Under the pieces are notes generated by a model. That model made no database searches. It was given only the letters and a program-made list of their open reading frames with translations, and was not told where the DNA came from. A program made the position numbers and the translations under genes. Of a stretch of DNA of 64,000 nucleotides, positions 12,676 to 26,829 are shown in pieces; within the stretch, counting starts at the first letter, position 1, and the number at the start of each line of letters is the position of its first letter. Source of the DNA: Geosiphon pyriformis uo1 (taxonomy: Eukaryota > Fungi > Glomeromycota); contig JAAOMT010000420.1 in assembly GCA_016748015.1 (NCBI GenBank), positions 1 to 64,000 on the forward strand, written 5' to 3'.

Positions 12676-14680
12676 CTAATACATATCCTAGAAAAGAACA
12701 GTTGAAGCCAATTTATTAAAAAATTTTGAGATTTCAGAATTAAAGAAATTATCACGACACGTACCGCAAAACGTTCCGGCCATATAGCAGGGGCCACTAG
12801 TGTCCAAGCATATATAGTCAAACATATCCAGCTGGACACAACTTTGACCCAAACCGCAGTATAGCTTTGTCCAATTCTTACTAATTCGTCATTTGAGGTA
12901 ATAATTGTGTTCCTATCATCCAAATCCAATATAATGTCAGTATCTATAAGATTATTATTAACTTCATAGGACAGAATACTCTAAAATTTCGAGGCTTCGT
13001 ACCAGTTGGTTAAAAGCATTGCCACATACATAGCAGCCAATGCAAATATAATATGAAATAATGAGTAATTGTAGGCAACTCCATTCCTTTCATCGTCCTT
13101 TCCATCAAAGTCGTCATCATCATCATCGTCCATCGCAGAGGCAGGTACTGCACTATAACAGCAAGCGGTAATTATTGGAATTAGAAGTTAGCTAGGGAGA
13201 TAATTGTCTTCCAGACAATAGGACATGTATCTTACCCGCTCTCGACAGCGGCAGCCAACAGCGCATCAGAGCGCATATTGGTTGAGGAGACGTTAGGCTG
13301 GTTAGTCAAAGCAATCCCAGATGCAGTATTCAAAGGATGATAATTCGACTTAGTATTTAATGCCTTGCCTTGTGTTGCAGCTCTTGACGTCGAAAATGCA
13401 AGTGCAAGGAACGTAAACAACGCTCCTAGTACAATCGATGTTGTACGAGTTCCACGACTTCGAGTCAAGGGATTACACATTTGATCATCTGGTTCGTTAA
13501 CTACGGCACTCAAGATAACGTAAGTACAGTAAATTACCACTATTGATGCTTGGGGTAATCCAGAACGAGGGTTTGCATCTTGCACGGAAGGATGGACACA
13601 TAGGATAGTTACGAGCAAACAAAGGGTTAAATTGAAGGTTATAAAGAATTGGTTTATATGACATCCATTTCCAGCAAAAAAGCCGTACATCAGACCAGTG
13701 AGTACAATCGCTCCAAGATACATGGCAAGTGTAGAACCAATCAATATATACTTCCAATTATTACTATCTTGTTCCTCCAATTTCTCAAGGCACATTTCAC
13801 TCCATGAATAAGCAAAGTCGACCAGTAACACCAGACCAAATAAAATAAATATGGAAGCACCAATCAAAGCAATGTTGTTTCCCCAGAACATGAAAAATTC
13901 ATTTGGAATAAAGAAGGAGATCACAAGAAAAGTGATCCATAAGAAAACCTTTGGCCCCCACCATCTAATTTTGAAAAGAATAAAACATTTGAGATATAAG
14001 CAATTTGTAAATTACAAATTTCATGGTGAATTTGACAAACCCGTTTTGAATAGAAGCGCGTTTATAATGTGTATCATGAACACCAGCAACTAAAGCCCCC
14101 AGAAGAAAATGGAAAAGACACAACGCAAAACATATCCGGTGTACCTTGAAATGATAATAAAATGATAGATTAAAAAAGAAAACGTTTGTAATATTAAAAT
14201 TCAAAATCAACCTTACCGCGAGAACGCCATAACATGTTCCTTCGGGACAATTCAAATGTAAATAATCATAAGTAACCTTCTCTAGTTGCTTTATAGCCCA
14301 ATCTGATAACATTAACCAAGCGAGCTTATGAAATTCGAAAGAGCCATAAAATAGAATTGATTTGGCAGGAAAAAATTAAAAATAGAAAAGTGAGAAAGTT
14401 TAGTAAAAGGCAAAAATAATTAAAAAGTTAGGTCTCACCATAGAATTCAAAAGGAATATAATCTAAAATCAAAAGTGAGTGAGTGAGTGAGACGGTTCCT
14501 TAAAAAGCTAAAAAGTATAAATGAAAAACCCACCGCAAACCCAATTCTAGTGGCGATCGAATTGTTACAATTGCAAGATTTAAAACCCAGTGAACAAACA
14601 GCAGCAGAAAAGCACGAAGCTATAAGTGAGCCTGCCCATGTGACAACAGGCATAGCAAGACAACTAAGTCCAACTCCCAT
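12676..14680 (-). CDS. TMS1: Serine incorporator (SERINC/TMS1) membrane protein
   Basis: CNCNNSIATRIGFA, CYGVLAVHRICFAL, RASIQNGWWGPK, LLVDFAYSWSE, NPRSGLPQAS, YNYSLFHIIF and WTLVAPAIWPERF. Confidence 0.95.
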
Positions 14681-14904
14681 GGTGAAAAACTTGAGAAGTT
14701 TTTAACTTTAAAAGAAAATGACAACGGATAGTACGTGTACTGGACAACGAGGTAAAGGTTAAATAGGTTTTTAAAAGACAAAATAGATCTCTAGCACAAT
14801 AAGGGTTATATTAGTGATTTAAAGCCGATCACTATTTCACACTTATACAATAAAAAATATTGATTTTATGTTCAAATAAAAATATTAATAAATTATTTAA
14901 AGCA

Positions 14905-14940
<36 letters not shown>

Positions 14941-14970
14941 TAATTATTATTATTATTTTTTTTATTTTTA

Positions 14971-15013
<43 letters not shown>

Positions 15014-15647
15014 TAATTTAAATAAATTTTAAAAAATGTGTTTTATTATTATTAGATAAAAAAATAAGTTTGAAATTTGTATTCTTAAAAAAATTTATAC
15101 TTAGTTAGCAATCTATAAATAATATGTTTTTTGATTTATTAAATAAAAATTAAGCTTAATAAAAAAAATTTTTCTTGATTTACAATTATTAATTTAAATA
15201 ATTCTAATTTTTTTTTTAATAAATATATATATATATACATATTTTGGTTTATTAATTTATTTATTTTATTAAACATGTGTTTATATATTATATTTTAAAT
15301 TGTAATTTATATTATCAAATTTGTGTTTTATTATAAAAACATTTTATTATTAAAAAAAGTTTAAAAATTGAGTTTTTCTTTTTTTTTAAACTTAAAAACT
15401 TCATGTATTTTATATATATATATAAATATATATATATATTTTTTAGAGCTATAAATTATTAATATTTTTACTCTTTTTCCAATCATGACAAAAAAAAACA
15501 GTATTAGGAAAATTCATATTTTTGATAATACAAATTCAAAATAATAGATAGTAAAATCAATAATTATTGATAAATATTAAAAATTATTTTTATTATTTTT
15601 ATTATTATTATTATTATTATTATGCTTTTACAAAGTGTGGCCCAATC

Positions 15648-15684
<37 letters not shown>

Positions 15685-15956
15685 TAATAATAATAATAAA
15701 TATAATAAATTAAAATTTAAACTAAAAATATTATATTTATTAATCAATAAGTAAATATCATAACAAATCGTAGTATTAAGAAACTTTAATTTGTTTATGT
15801 AAAAATTTTTTTTTTTTTAAAACTTTATTTTGATAAAAAACCATTATCAAATCAGTAAAAACGCAATTATCAAAGATTTTTTTGAAAATTCAAATCGGAA
15901 GCCCAAAACTTTTTACAAGAATGGTTTTTGTTTTCCATTTCTAATAAGAAAAAACA

Positions 15957-15989
<33 letters not shown>

Positions 15990-15996
15990 TAAAACA

Positions 15997-16027
<31 letters not shown>

Positions 16028-16030
16028 GAA
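14905..16030. repeat. AT-rich intergenic tract with (ATT)n and (AAT)n microsatellites
   Basis: (ATT)n at about 14905-15012 and 15600-15622; (AAT)n at about 15653-15700 and 15958-16027. Confidence 0.8.
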
Positions 16031-16646
16031 CCTGTATCATACCCTTTTTAAGAAATTAATACTGTAGATTATTTGTAAATGATATTTTGTAAATGGTATT
16101 TTCATTCATCAAAATAAAAAAGATAACCAAATCAAATAAAAGGATTCCCGCATATAAAAATCGAGATTCAAAAAATAATTTTTTAAGCATATCCTATGAT
16201 CTTTCTCATAGTGATGAAAAAACAAGACGTGATTTACTATCAAAAAGATATCTCGGAAACATTTATTCATATTGTGTATACGAGATCTCCCATCTTTTTG
16301 ACCACAAATATCTAAAAATCTAAAAAAGAGAGACCCAAAGGGGTTTCAAAGATTTTAATTCAGAAGGATGGCATCATTTGTGACCAATTGAAAATGATAA
16401 TCATGTCGCTGACAATTAATTCATTGAACAAATTTTAATTACTAAAAAATAATTTGTCATACACCCAACCCCTTGAAAAAAATGATAAATATAACAGAAC
16501 AGGAGCAAAAATTTGAATCTTTTAAAGATAAATTTGAACTTTTATCCTGTTTAAAAGTTTTTAAAATAAAAAGTGATTAAAGAAAGCTAATTTGCGGCTC
16601 TTTAGATATAGAAACTTTGTATAAAGAAAATATACGCGTAAAAAAT

Positions 16647-18023
16647 ATGGGAAACGAAATAACTGTTGACGCGAGCTGGGGGTTTTGGCTCTCTGGGGCT
16701 ATTGGTTGGGTGAATATCAAAACTTGGAGACTATGAAAAAGATCTGCGAAAATTTTGATATTTTAACTTTTTATCACTTTTAAGCAAAATTCAAAGAAAT
16801 TAACTCAACTTGAACTCTTTCTCCTAGACATACTTTTTAGCATGGTCGATAAGTTTCTATCCACAGGTTTATATATTTAAAATTTTGAATTTGAAATTAA
16901 TCTTTTTAAATTTGAAATTAATCTTTTTAAATTTTTTTTTTTTTTGCCATAAAATTAGGTGATCTTGAATTGGAAGCGGAAGAGGTAATTAAAGAAATAA
17001 TCCCCCATATTTCTAATTGTCAAAGTTGAGATTCTGATTTTCCGTTTTTCCTTTTATCCAGTGTAAAAGGATTATCAATGGACTTTTTATGGTACAATAT
17101 TTACGGGTTCGCTTGTTATTCGGTAAGTGACTTGCGGGAAATTTTTTTTTTTTTCAAACCTTTCGTTAAACATCCTAAATAGGTCAACAATTACCAACTA
17201 ATCTCTATTTGAATCCACGGAATCTCAGGTGTTTAACATCGCTTTTTTTGCTTCCGAAGAGGTTCGAAAAGAATACCAACAGAGAAATGGTGGCAATGAT
17301 AATCTCGTAAGAGTGAATGATGTTTTTTTCGGAGTTCATGCCCTCACATTGAGCGCATTCACCTTATATCAGGCGTTTATTTACAAGGTAAATTATTCTA
17401 GTCTTCAATGTTTATTTCACCCTGAGAGTCTCAAAGTTGAGATTTATAAGATTTGAACTTTTACCTTAAATCTATAGGATCACTCAAATCAACGAATTTC
17501 TTCAGTTGCCTTGACATTTATCATTCTTACACTATTCGGGGCGTTTGGCTTGTTACTGAGAGTGTTAACAAGCAAGAAAGAATGGATCGATTTATTATAT
17601 TATCTTAGCTATATCAAATTAGCGATAAGTTTTATCAAGTATTTGCCACAGGTTTGTCGTCGAATTTTGTGTTTCAAAACTATCCTCAGAAATCTATTAA
17701 AAGTGAATAATTTTATTTTGTAGGCACGTTTAAATTACCTGCGAAAGAGTACAATCGGTTGGAGTATACATAATATTCTCTTGGTAGGGGGATCTTAAAG
17801 AAAATTTTTGCAAAACTTAAAATATTCCTTGATTTCAATTATTTAAATTAACAATCCATTTAAATTTTCATTAATAATAAATCAAAGGATTTTACTGGAG
17901 GAGTTTTATCAATAGTTCAGTTGATTCTTGACGCGTATTTAGAAGATAACTGGGATGGTATTAAAGGGGTAAGTAATCATTATAAAGATTTTATTATCGA
18001 TTGATGTAAGCTTTTAAAAAATT

Positions 18024-18066
<43 letters not shown>

Positions 18067-18402
18067 TCTTTTTCCCTTTACTTTTTTATTTAGGATCCGG
18101 TTAAATTGTAAATTTTATTTAATTTCTTTCTATAATCATAACCCCTTGCATTACATTTACCTCCCCCCTCCCCCCTCCTTTCTAAACCTTTATTAAATTT
18201 TTTCCTTGAATTTATCCGTAGTGGTCTCGGTTTCTTGAGTATCGCATTTGATCTCATATTCATTGTCCAACATTATATCCTATATCGAAATCGTCAAGAG
18301 CATGAGGAAAATGTGATTGATTCAGAGCCTGACTGGGAGGAGCCTCTATTAAAGAAAGGGAGAACAAATGTAAAAGGTGATCCTGAGAATCGATATGTAT
18401 GA
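16647..18402 (+). CDS. CTNS: Cystinosin / ERS1 PQ-loop lysosomal cystine transporter
   Basis: [66 protein letters not shown] and DPVKFGLG..FDLIFIVQHYILY. Includes a 14-nt microexon at 18094-18107. Confidence 0.93.
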
Positions 18403-18939
18403 ACCAATCAATAAATAATCATTTAAAATTTTTGGAGTCTAAAAACTAATTATTTCTTTGCAAGATATTTTTTAATATTAGCATTCCTTATCACAAAACT
18501 TTACATATAATTTAATTAAAATTTCAACCTTCTAATATGTATTATATAAAATTTAGGGAAAATATTTCCCCATTTCTATTATATACCCGTATTTTATTTT
18601 ATTTATTTAAACAAATTGGAAAAGAAAAATTTCTTTGACCGAAATATATTTTTTATTTTTAAAGTTAAAACAAGGCTGGGCTAATAATTATTCTTTTTGT
18701 GTATACAAAGAAATGAAACTTGATCAATTTTACAATCTTTTTATAAAAAATGGCACATGTAGCCGTAAATTAAAAAGAAAAAAGAAAAAAAGAATATACA
18801 AGAAAAATGATGAAAATGAAATTTCCAACAAAAATAGTATTATTCTGAATAATACCAAATAAAAAATGAAAATAAAAATAAAAAATGATACCCTTCTATT
18901 CAAGTCTTTCACTCATGACTATCCTATCCTTTTTAATTA

Positions 18940-20030
18940 CTATCCTTTTGACGGAAAAGTTGAAGTTGAATTTGAATTCGAATTCGGGGTCGGAGTTGGG
19001 GTCGGGTTCGGAGCCGAAGTTGTAATAACCTGTGTTGAACCATTATTCTTACTACCTCCACTTAACTTAATCGCCAAAATAATTGCAATAATAGTAATAA
19101 TGGTAAAAATTATTCCAAAAAGAATCCACTTTTTCTTTCTAGCCGCAGTGGCAAGATCAGTTGCGATTTGTAATTGTTCTCCGGCAGTTTCAAGTTTCAC
19201 CAATGTAATTCCAACATTTTCTTGTACATTTACTAATACTTCATCTTGTGCTTCGACTTGTAATTGCATATCTTGAAACAGTTGAGCCAACTCCGCGATA
19301 GTTTGTTCAATTTGTTTAATATCTTCATGACGTTTTTGTACTTCTTCGTAAGCTTCACGTGCTTCACCACGTAGTAAAGCGTTTTGAAAAATTCCTTGAC
19401 TTGAAGAAGGGTTATTGAGGTAACCATCTATTTCGGCTTGTGTTGCTTCAGGGTTAACGACACGATATTGTCTTGCTAGACGTTCTTTATGTTGATGCAT
19501 GTATTGGTCTTCGACCCCACGATATTCTTCTAGGACCTGAATTTTTATTTTTATTTTTATTTTAATATTAAAATTATTATTTATTAAAAAAAAAACTTTG
19601 AAAATTGAAAATTGAAAAATAATTTTTTTTGTTTTTTTGTTTTTGTTTTTCTTTTTCTTTTTCTTTTTCTTTTTCTTTTTCTTTTCGAATCAAAAATATC
19701 AAATCTTACATTTGTAAATTTCTCTTTTATAAAGGCAACTCGTTCTCGACGTAATCTATATTCTGGATCAGACTGAGAAATTTTAAGATTCTCATATTCA
19801 ATCTTTTTAATTCGATCTTTCACACCAAACAAGAGTGTTTTCGTTTCCTGAAGTTTTAATTCACGTTCCTCATTAAACGAACGTGATTGATAGTTGGAAG
19901 TGGAAGTTAAAAGTTGAGTTTGAAGATCATGAATACGTGAAATGTTTTTTTGTATATTCGAAATATTTTCATCAATTTCTGACATTTGTGTTAAAAAGCT
20001 TGGTGCTTCTGGATGTGTCTTTGATGCCAT
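18940..20030 (-). CDS. Plasma-membrane syntaxin (Sso1/2-like t-SNARE)
   Basis: Habc region, RQYRVVNPEAT, SNARE motif EVQKRHEDIKQIEQTIAELAQLFQDM..VEAQ, ARKKKW plus TM helix. Intron 19537-19709. Confidence 0.92.
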
Positions 20031-20097
20031 CTTTTACGAGATTTTTAGTATTTAAAATAGTGAAGAAAAAGTTAAAAAGTAACTTTTAACTGGTGAG

Positions 20098-20205
20098 CAG
20101 AGAGAAAGATAGAAAGAGAGAGAGAAAGAGAAAGAGAAAGAGAAAGAGAAAGAGAAAGAGAAAGAGAAAGAGAAAGATAAAGAGAAAGATAAAGAGAAAG
20201 AGAAA
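20098..20205. repeat. (AGAGAA)n hexamer microsatellite upstream of the syntaxin start codon
   Basis: Direct reading. A related (TTTTTC)n tract lies in the syntaxin intron at about 19640-19685. Confidence 0.85.
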
Positions 20206-20789
20206 TTTGAAATTAAAGAAAATGGTTATTATTATTATTATTTTTATTGTTTGTTGGTTTTTAAAGAAAAAAATGGGGAAATGAAATCAATAGTGTAGCG
20301 CAAGTGAGTAAAAATTAAATTAATTAATTAGCCAACAACAGCAAAAAAAATGGATATCTGTTTGGAAATTTTGTTCTACGCGGGAGAGTAAAAGAAATTC
20401 CTTTGGTGTATATAGGATGAGTATTTTTAGATTGACTGGGATACTAAATAGCTTTTTTTACTATCAAAAAGCGAACAATTTGGTTTAGAGTTGAAAGATG
20501 ATTCCTGTTTTTGATAAATTTCTTTAGGTAAATCGTTCGTTGTTGTTGTTGTTGTTGTTATTGTTGTTGTTATTACTGTTAAGTTTTTTTTTTTTCTCGC
20601 ATAAAAAATAAAAAAAAAGGTTCAACAAGATCAGCCAAAGAAGTTCGAAAAAAGGTCAATACACAAGTCTCTTGTTTGCCAAATTGTGGTGAGTCTTGTA
20701 TATCGATAATTTCTAATGATAATCCCATACAAGACACACACACACATACACATACACATACACACACACGCACACGAGTACCAAATGAG

Positions 20790-20832
<43 letters not shown>

Positions 20833-20952
20833 TACGAACCAGAATACTTTGCCTTTTGTTTTATACTGATTTTAAAACTATTTTTAAACTGCTTTTAAAA
20901 TAAAAAAACTTTAAACAAAAATGCTTATGAAAAATTTTATAATAATAATAAT

Positions 20953-20983
<31 letters not shown>

Positions 20984-21309
20984 ATAACTAAAAGGGGTAT
21001 TACCCCTCTATTTTATAAAGAAAGCCTTCTCCCATTTAAGACAAATCTGAGGCTTTTTTTTATTACGTGCGATCCCCAAGAAAACTAAAAGTTCTTATAG
21101 ATTCTGGTAACAACAACAACGACAACGACAACAACAAGGACAACAACAATAACAATTAGAAGCCTCATTTCTGAAAGCAAAAAAAAAACCAAAAAACATG
21201 AGATTCTTGGCTTAAAGACTAACTTCTCTTTTTCACAACATACCTATTCCAAAAAGAGAAATGACTAGAAAAATATATATATATATATATTTTTAAAAAA
21301 GTGGTAACA

Positions 21310-21328
21310 AATTATAATAAAATAATTA

Positions 21329-21370
<42 letters not shown>

Positions 21371-21412
21371 TAAATAATAATAATAATTAAATAATAATAA
21401 TAATAATAATTA

Positions 21413-21466
<54 letters not shown>

Positions 21467-21490
21467 TAAATAATTAATAATAATAATATA
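21310..21490. repeat. (AAT)n microsatellite punctuated by TAA units
   Basis: Direct reading. Confidence 0.85.
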
Positions 21491-21915
21491 AAGTTCTACG
21501 GCTGATTAAAAAATAGACACTGCCCCAAATTTTCGGCGTCCAAATTTTTTAGGTGGCGATGATTTTTTATTGTTTTTTTTTTTTTTTAAAAAAAAAATTA
21601 ATATTTTTGTCATTTATATTTAATATTTAGGGTTTCTTTGAAAAAAAAAAAAAAAAAAAAAAAGAAGATCTTAATTGAGAGGGACTTTTGAAGTTTGTGC
21701 ATCATGCTCATTTTCCTTCTCTCGTTCGGTCATCTCATATGTATGTGAAATGATGAATTATATCAAATCACATCAAATCATATCAAATCAAATCGTGTCA
21801 AATCAAATCCATAGTCTATAAATTAATAAATGTGAATTTATTCATTTTGATTATTAGAATTTAATTTTATAATTTCTTTTTTTAATATATACTTGAAAAA
21901 ATATAATAATAACAA

Positions 21916-21949
<34 letters not shown>

Positions 21950-22136
21950 TTTAATATTAATAATGTTATTTAAACTTTCGTCATTATATAAAACATTTTA
22001 TTTTTGAAAAAAACATTCATTTTTAAAATTAATTTTTTGTTTTCCAAATATTACTTACGAAACAAAAACAAAAATCTTGATCAGCCTAAAAAGACCACAA
22101 TAAAAAGCTTTTGTGATTTTTTTCCTTTCCTCAATA

Positions 22137-22736
22137 ATGTGGAATAATTCAATAATTCGCAATGCAAATATGATATTAATTACTTCAACTCGAGCTCCAT
22201 CATTGATAACACAAAGAACCTTCCTTCCATTAAAAACTCTCTTTCGTTATTATACAACCCCTTCTTCCATAACGGTTACTCGTCAAAAACGTATAGCACG
22301 TTTAACATATCAATCGCGTAAACGTGGCATTCTTGAAACCGACCTCCTTCTATCAACCTTTGCTTCTCTTCACCTCAAGAACCTGACCGACACACAACTT
22401 GACGAGTATGACGCCTTACTATCAATACCCGATTGGGATATTTATTACTTGGCAACTGGTAAAAAGTCCGTTGATCAAGTGGAGGTTATTAGTAGTGGTG
22501 ATTTAAGATTTGATGGTGGGATCGATCAAAGAGTAAAGATTTCGAACGACCATGCTAAAAAAGATGAAACAAATCAATTGAAAAAAGAAAAAACTGAATA
22601 TTTAGAACAATGGCGAAAAAGCGAGGTGCTGCAGATGTTAAAAGACCATGTCCAAAATTGTATTTCGCCTAACGGTGAAAAGGGTGAAGAAACGAAGAAG
22701 ATTAAAGGATTGAGAATGCCGAATTTAAATTTGTAA
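22137..22736 (+). CDS. SDH5: Succinate dehydrogenase assembly factor 2 (Sdh5/Emi5), intronless
   Basis: [38 protein letters not shown]-terminal GLRMP, mitochondrial presequence. Confidence 0.93.
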   Translation: MWNNSIIRNANMILITSTRAPSLITQRTFLPLKTLFRYYTTPSSITVTRQKRIARLTYQSRKRGILETDLLLSTFASLHLKNLTDTQLDEYDALLSIPDWDIYYLATGKKSVDQVEVISSGDLRFDGGIDQRVKISNDHAKKDETNQLKKEKTEYLEQWRKSEVLQMLKDHVQNCISPNGEKGEETKKIKGLRMPNLNL

Positions 22737-23115
22737 TTTAGATTTTTAAGCATGAGGATTACATTTCACCTTTCGAAACCCTATTAATAAAATCAATGAT
22801 TGAGTTTGCAAAATTGCATGCATGCATGTTCATGGATTATCTTTTTTACCTCAATTTTTGATCAACTTTCAAGACTGAATTTTTAATTTAAAAAAATATA
22901 GTGAAATATGACTTTTATGATTCATCTAATTGTTTCGAATTATTGATGTCTTTTCCTTTTTATGAATTTTGATGACCTGAGCAACAGATCTATATTTGCC
23001 TTGGTTATTAAAATACAAATTACCATAGATTCCGGACTTTTACAATTTTTAAGAAGGTTCTCTTTCAAGAATGTATAATGATAACTCGCTTGGTTTTTAA
23101 AACCTTGCTTTCCTT

Positions 23116-24648
23116 TTAGAAGGTTGATTTTTGCAATAAGTGTGGATACTTTGACCCAATCGCGTTTACAACATCTTCCACGTGATGACAAACATTTTGT
23201 ATGGCTGAATCCCATTTTGCTCCTAATATAGTACTAGTGACAACCTCGTCAATTCCTTCGCCTGCCGTATTGGTGGTTTCAAAGAATATAAGCTGCTCGA
23301 TCTGATCAATGGTTCCTTGCATTCGTCCTTGCTCTATCATTGAACTGGCAATTTGTTCTGCTTGATCAGGAGAGATCGCAAGCAACGTCCCAAGTTCTTC
23401 GAACGTAATATTGTTATAAAGCCGTGAGGCGGACAGTAAGTTGTGTTCTATCACAGCTCGATCAAGAACGGTCGTACCGTCAGCAAGACGAGCACGTTGA
23501 TGTTCTTTTAAAGTTCCAGCAAAATCTTTCACTTCGGATGGACGCAGAACGCGATCCAAGTACATTTTTTCCAAGATTGAGAAATGTGGGAGACGTTGTA
23601 CACGCTCATCTTTGTAAAGGGTGGCTAACATACGTGAGCGCTGAGGACCTGCACCTGCTAGTACAGCACATGTTATTGCTGCATTCCTATCGACATATAA
23701 TGGATAAGATGAAATGATATTGAGAAGAGAAAATTGTCACTAAACTTACAAGGCTAGAGTCCTCTCTTCTGCCGCCAAATCGGTAACATAGCTTAATTCG
23801 TGATACTTTGAGCTAGCTTCCAGAAATTTTCTCTTGAAATCGAATATTTTGGCCTGGGAAAGTTTAAATGTCAAATTAATTTCTTGATCTTTACAGCCCG
23901 GAATTAATAAGGAAGCACGACTGAGGAATGTCTCGGCGGATACAGCTTCATCCTCTTCCAATAAAAGGCGGACAATCTTGATGTATATAGAAAGCTTATA
24001 TTCATCTGCAATCGTACTGAGAACACATAGTGAAGCAAATAATTCATATCATATTATTTTCGCAAACAGTAAAGTGTATGAAATATGTTTCAAAATATAG
24101 CTTTTGACCCAATTATTAAAGAATTCACACTGACCGGTGACCAGAATCTAAAGGAATTCCTTGTAAAACTCGAGCGGCTTCGGTAAAATCCTCCTCGTTT
24201 TCATATAGCTCTGCCAATTTCTCACGAATTGTAGAAATCTTGGAATAAATATTCAAAATTAGAATTAATAAAAAAAGATCTTTTAATGAACAAGTCGAAA
24301 ACCCAAGTTTGATCAAACCTGCTCTTCAAAGCTCACTACACGTGGTTGAATCTTTGACAAGGAAAAGTGTAGCACGCGTTTCTTAACTTCATTATTGCCT
24401 ATTTTACCAACCCCTTGTACAAAGTCGGTCAAAACCTGACGCGAAATCACCAAGCCTACATGCTCTTGAACAATGTAATCGACAAAGGTCTCCAAATTAC
24501 TAGCAAGATCGTTTATTACTTTATCATCACTATTTGTTTCTGAGCCGACAAGTATAGCATCAAGCAAAGAGCGGTATTCTACAGTCTTGTCTTTTTGTGA
24601 GGAAATGGAGCCGATCGCGATTAACCTTTGAGAAACGTCGGAAGGCAT
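23116..24648 (-). CDS. CSN4: COP9 signalosome subunit 4
   Basis: [46 protein letters not shown] and the PCI-domain segment [20 protein letters not shown]. Confidence 0.96.
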
Positions 24649-25031
24649 AGTAAAAGTAAGTGGTAGTTAGAGGAGCCTGAAAGTTTGGCTGGATTTATCC
24701 CCGAAATGATTAGCAAATTGCATATGGTGATTTACTTATTTTAATAAATAAAATAAAACAATTTTGTGTTAATAAAATAGCTTATATTAACAAATTTCTT
24801 TTATTGATATAATTTTTAACACTTTTTAATAATAATAATAATAATTATAATTATATAATTAAATGAAGATATCCTACACAATACATTTTTCCGCAGCTAA
24901 TGAGTCACGTACTCATCTATCTTATCTACTGCGTGGTAAAAATTGTTTCTCGCGCACGAATGAACAAAAGCTATAAAGCAACAACGAAGTTCGCTCTAAA
25001 AGCGGAATATTAAAATATCAATCTAAACAAG

Positions 25032-26571
25032 ATGCTCCTTCAAGCACCCTTCGATGTAGTCTTAACGATCCTTGAATTTCTCTCGCCCAAAGATTTAATT
25101 TCTCTTTCTCTATGCAATAAAGCTTATTACTCTGCAATTCGAGAACATGGCTGGAAGCACTTTTTTGACCTACAAAAATGGAACCTTACGTTTCCCCCAC
25201 CAAATACTCAAGCAAATGATTGGCACCAATTGGTGGAATTTGGCGTCACCGTTCAAAAAAACTGGGCTAAAAAACAGTTTTCTACAGAAGTCATTTCAAG
25301 TCAAAGACAAGCTTTTTTACCAGTCATAAGGTTTGACAGCGACAAATTAGTCTGTGGGTTAGGCAACTCACTGAATTTCTTTGGGCCTGCACAGCGGAAT
25401 ACTAGCCCTAAATTTTACAAGCAAAAATCCTTTATTGCCCATAATGGTGATATTACCGACATTTCTTTATGCCTTGATCCCAAGGAATTGTTTACTTGTT
25501 CAACTGATGGTCTTATTAAAAGATGGTTCTTGAATCTGCCCGTCACCATACAAATGCCACTTTCACAAACTTACAAAGGGCACACTACTGCCGTCCATTC
25601 AATTTATCAATTCGTCTATGACCCGAGTACTTTATTTTCAGTGAGCGTTGATGGAAAGCTGTTCGTATGGAATACACATACTGCCGAGCTTTGTCATGAT
25701 GTTCAAGTTCCTGGTATACCCCGGGCCATGTGTGGTCTCACTAATGGGTTGATCGCAGTGGGAAACAAAAGTTCTGAACATTTGACCTTGTATAAAGTAA
25801 CGCCAAGTGAGCTAGTACGCGTCAATAGTTTTAAAGGACATAAGAGTACAGTTTACGCTTTACAATCGACCAACCTTCTCCCGCATACCTTCCTTTCCGG
25901 CTGTTATGACAGGCATGTTCAAAAGATTTGACCTAAAACGTTTTTTCTTATGTTTACCTTGACAACAGTTAATTTTTATACTCTACGTTTTTAAGTGTGA
26001 CCCGTTTGTTTGATCTTCGAACAAATTCATGCGTAGCAAGTTTTCAAGATATCTTTGATACAAATCCTGGTAAAAAAAAAAAAAAGATTTCTGCCCTGGC
26101 ATTCCAGTCTTTCTCTTGATCTAATACTGATTCCACAATTGTTGATCGAGAATAGTTTTCTCGGTGGATTATGATCATTATAGAGTAGTGGCTGGTAGTT
26201 CAATGCATGGTGTTGTTCAACTTTGGGACTTGAGATATTCACAAAACGCGGACCATTATCCTGGAAAGCTTAAAAAAGGGGCTGTGGAAGATGGATGGTC
26301 GATTTTCCTAGGTAAAACACAAAGGTCTCCTGTTTATTCTCTTCAATTATCCCATTCAAAGATAGTGGCTGCTTTGGCGGATCAAACTTGGATGTTGGAC
26401 TTCGCCACTGCATCTGAACCCAGATCACCAAGCCTCGAATCCAGTCGTCAGTATAATTTCCATCGTTCACGATATAGATCGAATGAATCCTGGAGAACAC
26501 GTCCTAGTAGGAACGAGGGTGCCTTATATTTTATGCATCAAAAGTGGAATAACTTATACGAAACGTTTTGA
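25032..26571 (+). CDS. F-box/WD40 repeat protein
   Basis: N-terminal F-box (PFDVVLTILEFLSPKDLISLSLCNK) and WD repeats (AHNGDIT, GHTTAV, GHKSTV..SGCYDSVTRLFDLR). GC-AG intron 25913-25995 and GT-AG intron about 26070-26156. Confidence 0.85.
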
Positions 26572-26829
26572 TGTTGATTAATCGGTTGCCTTAATTACAA
26601 GGCTTCATTAATATAAAACTAGCTTATTTTCATTTTTTCGATCTCAATTTCTAATTTAAACTTAGATGTAACTTCATTAATGTAACATTCACCCTGGCAT
26701 CCATCTATATAATTAGATCAGGGAATTTTCATTTTTATTCCTTAACTTATTTAGAATAAATCACGTGTAAATTAAACTTTCAAAATAATAACAAATCACT
26801 GTTGAATGACTTGGACATATTCACAAATG

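Noticed and set aside
20093-20284. Lys/Arg-rich ORF (KRKRKR...)
   Set aside because: Translation of the (AGAGAA)n microsatellite, with no true ATG start.
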